A DNA stretch of 63,595 bases, the filler included, from Clostridiaceae bacterium (GTDB lineage Bacteria; Bacillota; Clostridia; CAYPLH01; DUMO01), in NCBI GenBank assembly GCA_012839865.1. It is 3 parts of 3 records of this genome, joined end to end, with 100 filler letters (N's around TTAATTAATTAA, not from the genome) between each part and the next. Parts side by side here need not be neighbours in the genome. Positions count along the whole stretch, not along the records: positions 17,992 to 40,715 come from DUMO01000067.1; 2 more parts are not named here. One strand, written 5' to 3'. Shown one piece after another: positions 20,617 to 31,339 of the stretch (positions within the stretch are counted from its first letter, which is position 1; the number at the start of each line of letters is the position of its first letter). Both the position numbers and the translations under genes were made by a program. A model generated the notes under the pieces. That model saw nothing but the letters and a program-made list of their open reading frames with translations, was not told where the DNA came from and ran no database searches.

Positions 20617-21840
20617 ATGAAAAAGTTGAAAATAGCAGATGGAATACATATGCTGACCATGAATGTCGAGAATATACTGTTTGAGGGAATTTGGGAGTTA
20701 GCAAACGGAGTGACTCTAAACTCCTACATTGTTCAGGGAGAAAAGACTGCAATAATCGATGGCGTAATAAATTGGGATGGAGCACCTGAAACCCTTTACA
20801 CAAACTTGAAAGAAATAGGTGTTGAGCCTCAGAATATAGATTATTTGATAGTCAATCATATGGAACCGGACCATTCCGGCTGGATTTCAAACTTCCGAAA
20901 GATCAGGGATGATTTTACAATAATATGCACTGAAAGAGCTGCAAAGATGGTAGCTTCCTTTTATGAAGAAGATAAAATAAGGATTGTGAAGGAAGGAGAC
21001 ACCCTGAACCTTGGGAAAGGCAAGGTGCTGAGTTTCCATCCGGTGCCAAATGTTCACTGGCCGGACACCATGTATACCTATGAAAGGGATACAAAAACCC
21101 TTTTCTCATGTGATATGTTTGGCGCATTTGGCAGGATGGGAGACCATTGCTTTGATGATGAGATGACACCAGAAGAGATAGAATTCTTTGAATCTGAAGG
21201 ATTAAGGTATTATTCAAATGTAATGATAACTTTTACACCAAGTTTGAGGAAGGCAATTGAGAAGGCAAAAGCTCTGGAAATAAATATAATAGCGCCTGGC
21301 CATGGACCGGTGTACAGAAAAAATCCTCAAAAAATAATGGATGATTATTACAGGTTCTCCCGATATGCCGAAGGGGCAGGCAAGAATGAAGTCACTATAT
21401 TGTGGGGATCCATGTACGGAATGACTGCAAAAGCAGTTGAATACGTTGAAGGCATACTTCAAAGGGAAGGCGTCAAATACAACAAGCTTCAAATGCCCCT
21501 GGAAAGTGAAAGCGAGATGGTGGCGACTGTTTTCAAATCTGCCGGGATAATTATTGGAGCACCTACCTATGAGTACAAGCTTTTTCCACCCATTGCAGCA
21601 GCGTTAAATGAGCTTGGCAGAAAAAGGATTACAGGCAAGACAGCTTTCAGATTCGGATCATATGGATGGTCCGGAGGTGCAGAGAAGGAACTGGGCGAAA
21701 TAATTGAAAGGAACAAGATGCAGTGGGATTTCGTTGAATCTGTGGAGTTTGAAGGAGCACCAAAGGAAGAAGACCTTATCAAAGTGGAGGCCGAAGTGTT
21801 GGAGTTTCTGAAAAAGATGAGGGAGAAGGTAGTAGAATAG
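20617..21840 (+). CDS. fprA: Flavodiiron protein (FprA; metallo-beta-lactamase + flavodoxin)
   Basis: NHMEPDHSG, VHWPD, SCDMFG, APGHG, SMYGMT, FGSYGWSG. Confidence 0.93.
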   Translation: MKKLKIADGIHMLTMNVENILFEGIWELANGVTLNSYIVQGEKTAIIDGVINWDGAPETLYTNLKEIGVEPQNIDYLIVNHMEPDHSGWISNFRKIRDDFTIICTERAAKMVASFYEEDKIRIVKEGDTLNLGKGKVLSFHPVPNVHWPDTMYTYERDTKTLFSCDMFGAFGRMGDHCFDDEMTPEEIEFFESEGLRYYSNVMITFTPSLRKAIEKAKALEINIIAPGHGPVYRKNPQKIMDDYYRFSRYAEGAGKNEVTILWGSMYGMTAKAVEYVEGILQREGVKYNKLQMPLESESEMVATVFKSAGIIIGAPTYEYKLFPPIAAALNELGRKRITGKTAFRFGSYGWSGGAEKELGEIIERNKMQWDFVESVEFEGAPKEEDLIKVEAEVLEFLKKMREKVVE

Positions 21841-21963
21841 ACTCCTCCTGCGTGGAGGGTGTGCAAAAAGTGGAACGGTTACTTTGAGGGTGCAAGTCTG
21901 GACTATGCATCTCCTTTATGATACAATGCTCTTTATTGTTGAATTCGCATTGGAGGATCATTT

Positions 21964-23424
21964 ATGACGCAACCCTCATCAGTAGTTACTTTTGGCAAGT
22001 TCCGGAACACATTCATAGGGGACCGCAAATTTTATACTACAGTGTTTGTGCTGGTATTGCCACTCGTTGTTCAGAACGCCATTTCAAACTTTGTCAATCT
22101 CCTTGACAACATTATGATAGGGCAGGTAGGAACTTCCCAGATGTCGGGGGTTGCTATCGCCAATCAGCTTATATTTGTATTTAACCTGACTGTCTTTGGC
22201 GGACTTTCGGGTGCAGGCATATTCGGTGCACAGTTTTTTGGTGCGGGAGACAACGAAGGCTTGCGCTATACGGTACGGTTCAAATTCTGGACCATTGCTG
22301 TAACTTTGCTGGTTGCAATTGTTGTATTCCTGACCTATGGAGACCAGTTGATTTCCCTGTATCTGACTGGTGAGGGGGATGCTGCCGAGAGAGTGGCTAT
22401 GCTCGAGCATGGCAGGAGTTATCTTCGCATTATGCTCTGGGGGCTATTGCCCTTTACCCTGTCACAGGTATATGGCGGAACCCTCCGTGAGACGGGAGAT
22501 ACCCTGGTTCCGATGAAGGCCAGCTTGTCTGGCGTGTTTACTAATCTTTGCCTGAATTATATATTAATCTTTGGAAAGCTTGGCTTTCCGGCCCTGGGTG
22601 TCGCTGGGGCGGCTATAGCAACGGTCATTTCGCGTTTTGTAGAGCTTGCAATTATTGTTGTATACATTCATAGGAATACCAGAAAATTTCAGTTTGTTGA
22701 AGGCCTTTATAAATCGATAAGAATTCCTAAGGACCTTGCTTTAAATATAACCAAAAAAGGCATTCCGCTCCTGGTGAATGAACTTTTCTGGTCGTTGGCA
22801 ATGACTACTTTGACGCAGCTGTACTCAACCCGTGGGTTAAATGTTGTTGCAGCCATCAATATAACAAGCACGATAACAAATTTATTCAATATGATTGTTT
22901 TTTCCATGGGTAATGCAGTTGCCGTCATGGTTGGGCAGGCTCTCGGAGCCAATGATATTCCGCGGGCAAAGCAAACCGCATGGAGACTTATATTTTTCAA
23001 TGTCTGCACATGTATTGTAGTTGGTAGTGTGCTTGCTGCCTTGTCACAAGTCTTTCCGCACATGTACAATACTACTGATGACGTGCGAAGGCTGGCTGCC
23101 CGTTTCATACAGACAAATGCCGTATACATGGCGTTTATTGCTGTGTCCCACTGCACATACTTCACCATACGGTCAGGGGGCAGAACGTTCATAACATTTC
23201 TCTTCGACAGTGCTTACTCATGGATTGTGGTAGTTCCATTTACTTTTGTGCTTATACGTTTTACGGCTTTGGACATTTTGGTGCTTTATCCAATTTGCCA
23301 ATTGACTGATGTTTTAAAGTGCATAGTCGGGATAATTGTTGTCAAAAGCGGTAATTGGGCACAGAATATAGTCTCGGATGCCGCTTGCAATGAGTGTGTT
23401 GAAGCAAAAGCTGATGCGCTGTAG
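21964..23424 (+). CDS. MATE family efflux transporter
   Basis: About 12 TM segments; NLLDNIMIGQVG, LNYILIFG, GVAGAAIAT motifs. Confidence 0.92.
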   Translation: MTQPSSVVTFGKFRNTFIGDRKFYTTVFVLVLPLVVQNAISNFVNLLDNIMIGQVGTSQMSGVAIANQLIFVFNLTVFGGLSGAGIFGAQFFGAGDNEGLRYTVRFKFWTIAVTLLVAIVVFLTYGDQLISLYLTGEGDAAERVAMLEHGRSYLRIMLWGLLPFTLSQVYGGTLRETGDTLVPMKASLSGVFTNLCLNYILIFGKLGFPALGVAGAAIATVISRFVELAIIVVYIHRNTRKFQFVEGLYKSIRIPKDLALNITKKGIPLLVNELFWSLAMTTLTQLYSTRGLNVVAAINITSTITNLFNMIVFSMGNAVAVMVGQALGANDIPRAKQTAWRLIFFNVCTCIVVGSVLAALSQVFPHMYNTTDDVRRLAARFIQTNAVYMAFIAVSHCTYFTIRSGGRTFITFLFDSAYSWIVVVPFTFVLIRFTALDILVLYPICQLTDVLKCIVGIIVVKSGNWAQNIVSDAACNECVEAKADAL

Positions 23425-23472
23425 ATTGACATAAAGCGCTTCCATAAACTGAACAAGAAAGGGGTATATGGA

Positions 23473-23625
23473 GTGTATAAAGCTATCTTCTTTGACAGGG
23501 ATGGAACCCTGACGTATGGCAATCCAGTGAAATTAAAGTGGAGAGATCAGATAATTGCCCAATGGAGCAATAAACCTTTCACTTTATCATACGAAAAGAT
23601 GAAGAGATCAACAGGGGCACAATGA
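23473..23625 (+). pseudogene. Truncated HAD-family hydrolase fragment
   Basis: Hand translation MYKAIFFDRDGTLTYGN... (HAD motif I DxDGT) stops after 50 aa. Confidence 0.65.
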
Positions 23626-23868
23626 AATGATGTGTCCCTTAATTTATTTTAACGATAATTTTCACCAGCAGAATCGAATGCAGCATTCCTCCCGGCATAT
23701 TTGGCGCATTGCCAATTGGGGCATTTCAGTACCGGAAAGCACAGCAAGCTGATACAGTCGGTGACATGAGTATCATTGACAATTTATTGCTGCAAGTGTA
23801 ACATATAATTAAGTAATTAAGTTAAATAATTAACTATAAGGTTAAACAAACTAAAGGGAGGAGTTAAC

Positions 23869-25617
23869 ATGAGTATTTTTATAAATAATGATGTCCCCAG
23901 ACCTGAATATCCAAGGCCACAGATGGTCAGGGAAGAGTGGATGAATTTAAACGGTACCTGGGAATTTGAGATTGACCACGGTGACAGCGGCAAGGAAAGA
24001 AAGCTGTATGAAGCACAAAGCCTTTCAGGTAAAATTATTGTTCCCTTTTGTCCTGAAAGTAAATTGTCGGGCGTTGAATACAAGGATTTTATGCCGGCGG
24101 TATGGTACAGGAGGACTGTTACAATACCTGACAGCTGGTATTCGCAACGTGTATTAATACATTTCGGAGCGGTGGATTATGAAACCGAAGTCTGGATAAA
24201 TGGTATTTCGGCAGGTACCCATAAGGGTGGCTACAGTTCCTTTAGTTTTGAAATCACAAAATTGTTAAAACAGGGTAGCAATGTTATAACCGTCTGTGCC
24301 AGGGATGATGTCCGGTCAGGCCGCCAGCCCGGCGGAAAGCAAAGCAGCAGGTTCCATTCTTATGGATGCTACTATACAAGAACCACCGGCATATGGCAGA
24401 CCGTATGGCTTGAATGTGTGCCAACGGAGTATATTGCATCTTATAAACTGATCCCTGATCCCGACAATGAATGTGTGCATATCAACGTTGATGTGGACGG
24501 AGAAGGCGGGAACTGCAAGGTGGCAGCTGAGGCATTTTATGAAGGAAAAACTGTCGGAAAGTCTGAGGCATCTGTAACAGGAAACACCTGCAGATTAACC
24601 ATTAAACTTGATGAAATTCATTTATGGCAACCGGGGAGTCCATGCCTGTATGATCTTAAAATTGAATTACTTAAGGAAGAAAAATGCGTCGACAGCATTA
24701 CCGGTTATTTTGGACTTAGAACTGTAACCCTTGATAAAAATGCAATACTTATAAACGGAAAACCGGTTTTCCAAAGGCTTGTTCTGGACCAGGGCTTTTA
24801 CCCGGACGGAATCTATACTGCGCCGACAGAAGATGATTTGAAAAAAGATATAGAAATTTCAATGGGTCTGGGTTTCAATGGCGCAAGGCTTCATGAAAAG
24901 ATGTTCGAACCGCGATTCCTATATTGGTCTGACAAACTGGGATATCTTGTGTGGGGAGAGCATGCAAATTGGGGGCTTGATATTACAACTCCGGCAGGAC
25001 TTGAGAATTTCCTGCCTGAATGGCTTGAGGGAATCAAAAGAGATTTCAACCATCCTTCAATTGTCGGATGGTGCCCCTTTAATGAGACCTGGGATTTGGA
25101 TGGTACAAAGCAGGATGATGAAGTGTTGCGCATAGTTTACAATGTAACAAAGATGCTCGACAATACCCGCCCGGTTATTGATACCAGCGGAAATTTCCAT
25201 GTGGTGACCGATATTTTTGATATACATGACTATGATCAGGACACTGAAAGTTTCAAAGCGAAATTTGAACCGATGAAAAATGGCGGGGAGGTTTATGTTA
25301 CCCATCCGCAAAGACAGAAATATGAAGGACAGCCTTACTTTGTAAGTGAGTACGGAGGTATATGGTGGAATCCCGAAGGTGATGAAAAGGGCTGGGGATA
25401 TGGAAAACGCCCTAAGAGTCTGGAAGAATTTTTGGAAAGGTACAGAATTTTAACAGAAACCCTTCTTGACAATCCTCGCATATGTGCTTTTTGCTATACA
25501 CAGCTGTATGATGTGGAACAGGAGGTAAACGGGCTTTACACCTATGACAGAAGACCGAAATTTGATGTTGAAACAATCAGAAGGATCAACACCAAAAAAG
25601 CGGCTATAGAAGAGTAA
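23869..25617 (+). CDS. Glycoside hydrolase family 2 (beta-galactosidase/beta-glucuronidase-like)
   Basis: RPEYPRPQ, HFGAVDY, TTGIWQTVWLE, LDQGFYPDG, NHPSIVGWCPFNETW (acid/base Glu), FVSEYGG (nucleophile). Confidence 0.92.
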   Translation: MSIFINNDVPRPEYPRPQMVREEWMNLNGTWEFEIDHGDSGKERKLYEAQSLSGKIIVPFCPESKLSGVEYKDFMPAVWYRRTVTIPDSWYSQRVLIHFGAVDYETEVWINGISAGTHKGGYSSFSFEITKLLKQGSNVITVCARDDVRSGRQPGGKQSSRFHSYGCYYTRTTGIWQTVWLECVPTEYIASYKLIPDPDNECVHINVDVDGEGGNCKVAAEAFYEGKTVGKSEASVTGNTCRLTIKLDEIHLWQPGSPCLYDLKIELLKEEKCVDSITGYFGLRTVTLDKNAILINGKPVFQRLVLDQGFYPDGIYTAPTEDDLKKDIEISMGLGFNGARLHEKMFEPRFLYWSDKLGYLVWGEHANWGLDITTPAGLENFLPEWLEGIKRDFNHPSIVGWCPFNETWDLDGTKQDDEVLRIVYNVTKMLDNTRPVIDTSGNFHVVTDIFDIHDYDQDTESFKAKFEPMKNGGEVYVTHPQRQKYEGQPYFVSEYGGIWWNPEGDEKGWGYGKRPKSLEEFLERYRILTETLLDNPRICAFCYTQLYDVEQEVNGLYTYDRRPKFDVETIRRINTKKAAIEE

Positions 25618-25637
25618 CATACCTGCTGTATTATAAA

Positions 25638-25732
25638 TAATGCAGGAAGACTGAAAAGCAACAGGCTGTGTGAAAACTTTCAGCATTTAAATAGAAGTAT
25701 TTTCAGAGTTTTCACACAGTCTGCCTGCATTA
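25638..25732. repeat. Compound inverted repeat between GH2 and sulfatase
   Basis: Outer TAATGCAGG/CCTGCATTA and inner 13-bp CTGTGTGAAAACT/AGTTTTCACACAG arms. Confidence 0.75.
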
Positions 25733-25789
25733 TTTTCAGTAAACTGCAATCATGCCTTGAAGAAATAATTTAAGTGAGGTGTGTTTTAT

Positions 25790-27226
25790 ATGTCAAAGCC
25801 ATATATATTATTGATCACTGCAGATCAACTCAGGAAAGATGCTTTGGGCTGTTATGGAAACCGTACTATTGAAACACCTAATCTTAACAGCCTTGCACAA
25901 ACGGGAATTAAATTCAACAAAGCCTATACAGTAAGTCCATGGTGTCTTCCGGCAAGGGCTTCAATCCTTACAGGATTGTTTCCACATAATAACGGCGCTT
26001 ACAGCAATTTCAGAGATTGCTCCCTTGATAATAAAATACCCAATATATTTACAGAGCTTAAAAAGACGGGATACTCGACAGCTCTTGTAGGAAAATGCCA
26101 TTTTGCACCTGTCCCTTATAATATTACAGTACCGGATAAAACACTGCCTTACGATGACTTTAAGGAATACTATATGAGCCTGGGAATGGACCATCTTGAC
26201 CTGCAGGATGACAAGCAGGTTTCAGTATGGTTTTATGATGACTATTCAAAGGAACTGGATAAGGCAGGCTACCTGAAAGCATACCGGGATGCCGTGTGGG
26301 ACAAGAGCAAAGCAAAAGTCTTTCAGTTTCCCGGACCTGCCGAATGGCACCCCGATGCCTGGGTGGGAAGGAAAGCCGTAGAATATATTGAGAAATATGA
26401 TGGAGATAATCCCTTCTTCATGTGGGTTTCCTTCAGCGGACCTCACTTTACCTTTGATGCGCCGGCTGAATATTATGAAAGGGTAGATATTTCAAAGGAT
26501 ACCGGAAGAAAAGTATTTGAAGGAGAGTTTGACAAACCCGGAAAGATACATTTTGAGAGCTTTAATGGAGGTGGAAGGATAGAAGGGTGTGGAATGGCCC
26601 CCGGCAAAGCTTGTAAAAACTACCCGGAAGAGTACTGGACTAAGCTTCGGAGGAGTTACTTTGCAAATGTTGCGTTGATTGATGATGAAGTCGGTAAAAT
26701 TCTTTCAGCAGTTCAAAACAGATTTGGAGATAATGCATTGATAATTTTTACTGCTGACCACGGTGAGATGCTTGGAAATCACGGACTTTGGGGCAAGCAC
26801 AACTGTGCCTATGAAGATGTCTGGAATATTCCCATGCTGGTAAAATATCCGGGACAACAAGGTGGATATGACACAAACGTAAAAGTCCAGCTCACCGATA
26901 TTTTTCCCACATGCCTTAAAGCAGCCGGAGTCCGGCAAATAGATTGCGATGGCACGGATTTGAAAGAGAACATTGATGAAGGTGGATATAAATATGTTTT
27001 CGGTGAAGGTGAGGGCTATATTTCGGTTAGTGACGGCACTGTAAAATATGTCCGTATACATAAGGAAAATGAGCAAGGCAGGAATGAAGATTTTAGAGAG
27101 CTGACAGACCTGTCGAAAGATCCTTATGAAACAGGCAATCTGGTTGACGACCCGGCTTATTCAAAGAAACTTGCAGAATTGCAAGGAAAGGTAATAGATT
27201 TGTTTATGAAAAAGCTGCTGACTTGA
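25790..27226 (+). CDS. Cys-type sulfatase (choline-sulfatase/arylsulfatase-like)
   Basis: ITADQLR, CLPARASILTG (CxPxR), GKCH, FTADHG, WGKH. Confidence 0.92.
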   Translation: MSKPYILLITADQLRKDALGCYGNRTIETPNLNSLAQTGIKFNKAYTVSPWCLPARASILTGLFPHNNGAYSNFRDCSLDNKIPNIFTELKKTGYSTALVGKCHFAPVPYNITVPDKTLPYDDFKEYYMSLGMDHLDLQDDKQVSVWFYDDYSKELDKAGYLKAYRDAVWDKSKAKVFQFPGPAEWHPDAWVGRKAVEYIEKYDGDNPFFMWVSFSGPHFTFDAPAEYYERVDISKDTGRKVFEGEFDKPGKIHFESFNGGGRIEGCGMAPGKACKNYPEEYWTKLRRSYFANVALIDDEVGKILSAVQNRFGDNALIIFTADHGEMLGNHGLWGKHNCAYEDVWNIPMLVKYPGQQGGYDTNVKVQLTDIFPTCLKAAGVRQIDCDGTDLKENIDEGGYKYVFGEGEGYISVSDGTVKYVRIHKENEQGRNEDFRELTDLSKDPYETGNLVDDPAYSKKLAELQGKVIDLFMKKLLT

Positions 27227-27578
27227 TTAATATAAGGGTTATTTTGTACTTATATAACTTGTATTAGTGTTATTCACAACGTATAAAAAATGGATTATGG
27301 AATAAGGGAAGCCGTAAAGGAGGGCATCCCTTATTTTTTGTTCCCTTGAGGCTTTCATGGAAAAAACGAAAAATATGCGTACCGTCTGTTTTAGCAGACG
27401 GCTTTTATTTGCATAAATTTTATTTTTCTATTTATTGATTGTTGTATTATAATGTTTAGCATGGGAGACAGGTTGTCCGAGTGTAATTGCTGAATAATAT
27501 TATTTTATATTTGTATCATTATGGACAAAGTGCAGCAATGAATAACATACTCTAATATAAGCCTAAGGAGGATACTAC

Positions 27579-28703
27579 GTGAAAATTTCAAAGAAAGATG
27601 CCCTTTTGTGGTTTGAATTTTTTTCGATGCTGCCGGAGGATGAAGAGCTTACGGTAAAACAGCAGGAAATCGTATACGCAGTTTTTGCTCAGATTGAAGC
27701 TGCCGTTGAGTATAGAAATGATATATTAATGTCGGAAATCAAGGGCTTGAAAACTTTACAGAATAGAACTTATTTTGTGGGGGACGAAAGCAAATTCTCA
27801 AAAGGTTGCCGTTCCTGCCTTTTGGGAAACGGTTTGAGCGCAGTCAGGAAAACCAACAAATGCAACATAGAGTGCAAGTTTTGCTATAATTTTGGAGAAC
27901 TGGATGATATTCCTCCGGTTGGCGAAGGCATGTGGGAGATTGGAGGAACAAAGTTTTATGAGAAGGACATTGATTTGCTTCTTTCCATCTACCCAAAACC
28001 CACAGGCATTTCCTATGTTTATCTGGAACCCTTCATGGAAATTGAAAAATATTATCCGGTGATAAAGAAATTCAGCAATGCGGGGATTCACCAGCATCTA
28101 TATACAAATGGAACTTTAGCCACGGAAGAGTCGTTGAAAGCTCTTGGCGAGGCCGGACTTAGCGAGCTGCGTTTCAATCTGGGGTCTACCAATTGTTCGG
28201 ATAAAGTTATCAGGAATATTGGAATAGCAAAAAAATATATTAAAGATGTTGGTATTGAGTCACCAATGACCCCGGAGTTCTTTGAAAGTTTTCTTAGGAA
28301 GAAGCAGGCCATCCTGGAGGCAAAACCGGATTTTATCAATTGCGCGGAGTTGCATTTGAATGAAAACAATATAGGCAATTATTACGGTGAAAACATGTAC
28401 ATTTCAAGACATGGCTATATATCACCGGTCTGGAGCAGGGAATTGACTTTTAAATTCATGAAAATCGCCGATGAAGAAAAGTGGGATCTGGTAGTGCATG
28501 ATTGCTCGAACTATACGAAATTTGCCAGGGGATTAAACTTAAGCAGCAAAGAGGGTAAGTGGTTCGGAGCCAGCGATTATGGCTGTGAGTTTTCCAGAAT
28601 ACCCTTTGAAGCGTTTCTGCCGATACTGCGGGATGACAGTTTCAAATTCTTAAGTGAAGAAGTACTGCCGGAGGGCTATAGACCCGGGGAATTGGATTTT
28701 TAA
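27579..28703 (+). CDS. Radical SAM protein (uncharacterised, PFL-activase-like fold)
   Basis: CNIECKFC (CxxxCxxC), upstream GCRSC, HLYTNG, ELRFN; no SPASM cysteine cluster seen. Confidence 0.85.
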   Translation: MKISKKDALLWFEFFSMLPEDEELTVKQQEIVYAVFAQIEAAVEYRNDILMSEIKGLKTLQNRTYFVGDESKFSKGCRSCLLGNGLSAVRKTNKCNIECKFCYNFGELDDIPPVGEGMWEIGGTKFYEKDIDLLLSIYPKPTGISYVYLEPFMEIEKYYPVIKKFSNAGIHQHLYTNGTLATEESLKALGEAGLSELRFNLGSTNCSDKVIRNIGIAKKYIKDVGIESPMTPEFFESFLRKKQAILEAKPDFINCAELHLNENNIGNYYGENMYISRHGYISPVWSRELTFKFMKIADEEKWDLVVHDCSNYTKFARGLNLSSKEGKWFGASDYGCEFSRIPFEAFLPILRDDSFKFLSEEVLPEGYRPGELDF

Positions 28704-28907
28704 AAGCATGCATGGTTTGATATGTTATTGAACAGTGTTTTTTTATAATAATCTATTGAATTATTATAGAGATGCAGTGAACGTACACATGGCGACAGTG
28801 TTCAGGCTTGGCTTATGTCTTTGATATTTGATGTCAAGGTAATGACCACTTATGTATGGCTGATGTTTCGAGCGGTTTCTATACAAAAAATTATGGGAGG
28901 TATCAAT

Positions 28908-29141
28908 ATGCCGCATGTAGAGATTAAATGCTTTCCCGGAAGGACAGAGGAACAGAAGAAAAAATGCGCTGAAAAAATAGCGGAAGATATAGCTGATGTT
29001 TTGGGATGTCCCGTATCATGTGTATCTGTTGTTATAAAGGAAGTTCCAAAAGAAGAATGGAAAGAAAAAGTCTGGGATATGGATATTGTTCCAAATGAAA
29101 AGTATCTGTATAAGAAGCCCGTTTACAGGGAACTAACCTGA
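28908..29141 (+). CDS. 4-oxalocrotonate tautomerase family protein (PptA-like)
   Basis: MPHVEIKCFPGRTEEQK with catalytic Pro1; GGAGG RBS. Confidence 0.9.
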   Translation: MPHVEIKCFPGRTEEQKKKCAEKIAEDIADVLGCPVSCVSVVIKEVPKEEWKEKVWDMDIVPNEKYLYKKPVYRELT

Positions 29142-29261
29142 AGCCAAAAGGAAATCCATCCCTGACGACCATATTTTTATATACTCAAAATAGGAACTTT
29201 TTTGCCGGCTAAGAGAGTCTTATGTAATGTCAATAAATATACTAATCAAAGGAGAGTTTCA

Positions 29262-29783
29262 ATGAAAAGACTACTTGTATTACTTATGACATGCATAATG
29301 ATTTTCAGCATTGCTGCATGTGCCGGCTCAAACTCAAATCCAACCGGCAATAACAATGGAGGAAAAGGCAAAAACCTGGAAGGAAGCCTGGAGACAATCT
29401 TGGACAAGATTTATGACACGGCACAGGTTGATAACAATTTCAAAGATTTTATAAAGAACGGATTAATGACCACACCTATAAACCCGGATAATATCAAGTA
29501 CCATCTTGGGCTTGAAGAATTGGATTTTGTGGAAGCTATTGCATCCGAACCTATGATACAGCCCGGAGCTTATTCCCTTTGTCTGGTCCGTGTCAAGGAG
29601 GGTGCGGATATAGAAAAAATTAAGGCTGATATAAAGGAGAATGTAGACCCCCGCAAATGGGTATGTGTAGGCGTAGATCCGAAAAATGTAATAGTAGACA
29701 GCATCGGTGATGTAATATTCCTGGTTATGAGTAATGATCAGGCACAACCGCTGCATGAGGCTTTCACCGCTTTGGGCAAATAA
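29262..29783 (+). CDS. Lipoprotein upstream of MBOAT (DUF4358-like)
   Basis: Signal peptide with lipobox IAA-C; position in an MBOAT/DHHW operon. Confidence 0.7.
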   Translation: MKRLLVLLMTCIMIFSIAACAGSNSNPTGNNNGGKGKNLEGSLETILDKIYDTAQVDNNFKDFIKNGLMTTPINPDNIKYHLGLEELDFVEAIASEPMIQPGAYSLCLVRVKEGADIEKIKADIKENVDPRKWVCVGVDPKNVIVDSIGDVIFLVMSNDQAQPLHEAFTALGK

Positions 29784-29793
29784 GGCAAATAAT

Positions 29794-31197
29794 ATGTTGT
29801 TTTCTAGTATCAGCTTTTTATATTATTTCTTGCCGGTAGTCCTGGGGCTGTATTTTATAGCCCCAGGTAAGTTTAAAAATTTCATATTATTAGTTGCCAG
29901 CCTGTTTTTCTATTTCTATGGGGAGCCGGTTTACTCCCTCTTAATGGTTGCATCCATTGTATCCGGATATCTCCATGGATTATGGATAAACAGGGCAAGG
30001 GGTGGCAGGTGCGCCAAAATTCCGCTTGTATCCTCAATTATCGTATCTATTGGTTTTCTGGTTTTTTTCAAGTATACGGATTTCTTCATCGAAAATGTGA
30101 ATAGTATATTTGGCACGAACATAGCCCTCTTAAAGATTATAATGCCTATTGGCATAAGCTTTTACACCTTTCAGATCTTGTCCTATACAATAGATGTCTA
30201 CCGGGGTGAGGCCAAGGTTCAAAGAAACATTTTGAACTTTGCAACATATGTATCGCTGTTTCCTCAGTTGATTGCGGGACCGATCGTGCGTTATACCGAT
30301 ATTGAAGCCGAGCTTGCGCACCGTACCCATTCCTTTGCGGATATTGCCTATGGAATCAACCGGTTTATTATGGGTCTTGCAAAAAAAGTGATTATAGCCA
30401 ATACCCTGGGCGAGCTTGGAAAAGTGTTTTCAAATGCCAATGAGAAAACCGTATTGTTTTATTGGATTAATGCAATAGCATTTATGCTTCAGATTTACTT
30501 TGATTTTTCGGGATACAGCGACATGGCCATTGGGCTTGGCCGTATTTTTGGATTCCATTTTCTCGAGAACTTCAACTATCCTTTTATATCCAAAAGCCTG
30601 GCGGAGTTTTGGAGAAGGTGGCATATGTCCCTTGGCACATGGTTTCGGGATTATGTTTATATTCCAATGGGCGGCAACCGGGTAAGCAAGCCAAGATGGA
30701 TATGGAACATATCTGTCGTATGGTTCCTGACAGGCTTCTGGCATGGAGCCCAATGGAATTTTATTATTTGGGGATTATATTATGCAGTGTTACTTATACT
30801 TGAAAAGCATTTGTTTAATAAACTCCTTGAGAAGCTGCATCCTGCTGCAAGACATATTTATGTGATGTTCTTTCTTGTAATCAGCTTTGTGATTTTCAAT
30901 GCCAACAGCATCAATGAAGCCCTGGTAAACCTGAAAGGGATGTTCTTTATGCTTGATGTGCCTTTTACAAGTTTTGAGACGAACTATTATTTAGGAAGTT
31001 ATGCCCTTGTCATGACTATTGCTGTAATAGGGGCTACACCGGCAGCAAAAGGCATTATCAGCAGGATTAACAGATATAATATGGGGCGGTTGGCTCTAAG
31101 TGTTTTTGAGCCTGCGGTTCATGTGGCACTGTTCTTGCTTGTTACAGGATATCTGGTTGATGGCTCCTTCAATCCCTTTTTATACTTCCGGTTTTAA
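29794..31197 (+). CDS. MBOAT O-acyltransferase (AlgI/DltB-like)
   Basis: PIGISFYTFQ, FPQLIAGPIVRY, DFSGYSDMAIG, EFWRRWHMSL, GFWHGA. Confidence 0.94.
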   Translation: MLFSSISFLYYFLPVVLGLYFIAPGKFKNFILLVASLFFYFYGEPVYSLLMVASIVSGYLHGLWINRARGGRCAKIPLVSSIIVSIGFLVFFKYTDFFIENVNSIFGTNIALLKIIMPIGISFYTFQILSYTIDVYRGEAKVQRNILNFATYVSLFPQLIAGPIVRYTDIEAELAHRTHSFADIAYGINRFIMGLAKKVIIANTLGELGKVFSNANEKTVLFYWINAIAFMLQIYFDFSGYSDMAIGLGRIFGFHFLENFNYPFISKSLAEFWRRWHMSLGTWFRDYVYIPMGGNRVSKPRWIWNISVVWFLTGFWHGAQWNFIIWGLYYAVLLILEKHLFNKLLEKLHPAARHIYVMFFLVISFVIFNANSINEALVNLKGMFFMLDVPFTSFETNYYLGSYALVMTIAVIGATPAAKGIISRINRYNMGRLALSVFEPAVHVALFLLVTGYLVDGSFNPFLYFRF

Positions 31198-31339
31198 GCC
31201 GGTGATTGAATGAGAAGCAGAAGAGGGAACCAAGGATTACAGAAGAATGGGACACTCTGCTCCCGGTTGATGATTGTATAAAAAACAGTTGAAGGATTTA
31301 AGTACCAAAAAATTGATACATCCTCCTACCGGACGATGA

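Noticed and set aside
27579..28703. Radical SAM gene as anaerobic sulfatase maturase for the adjacent sulfatase
   Set aside because: Lacks the C-terminal SPASM cysteine clusters characteristic of anSME.
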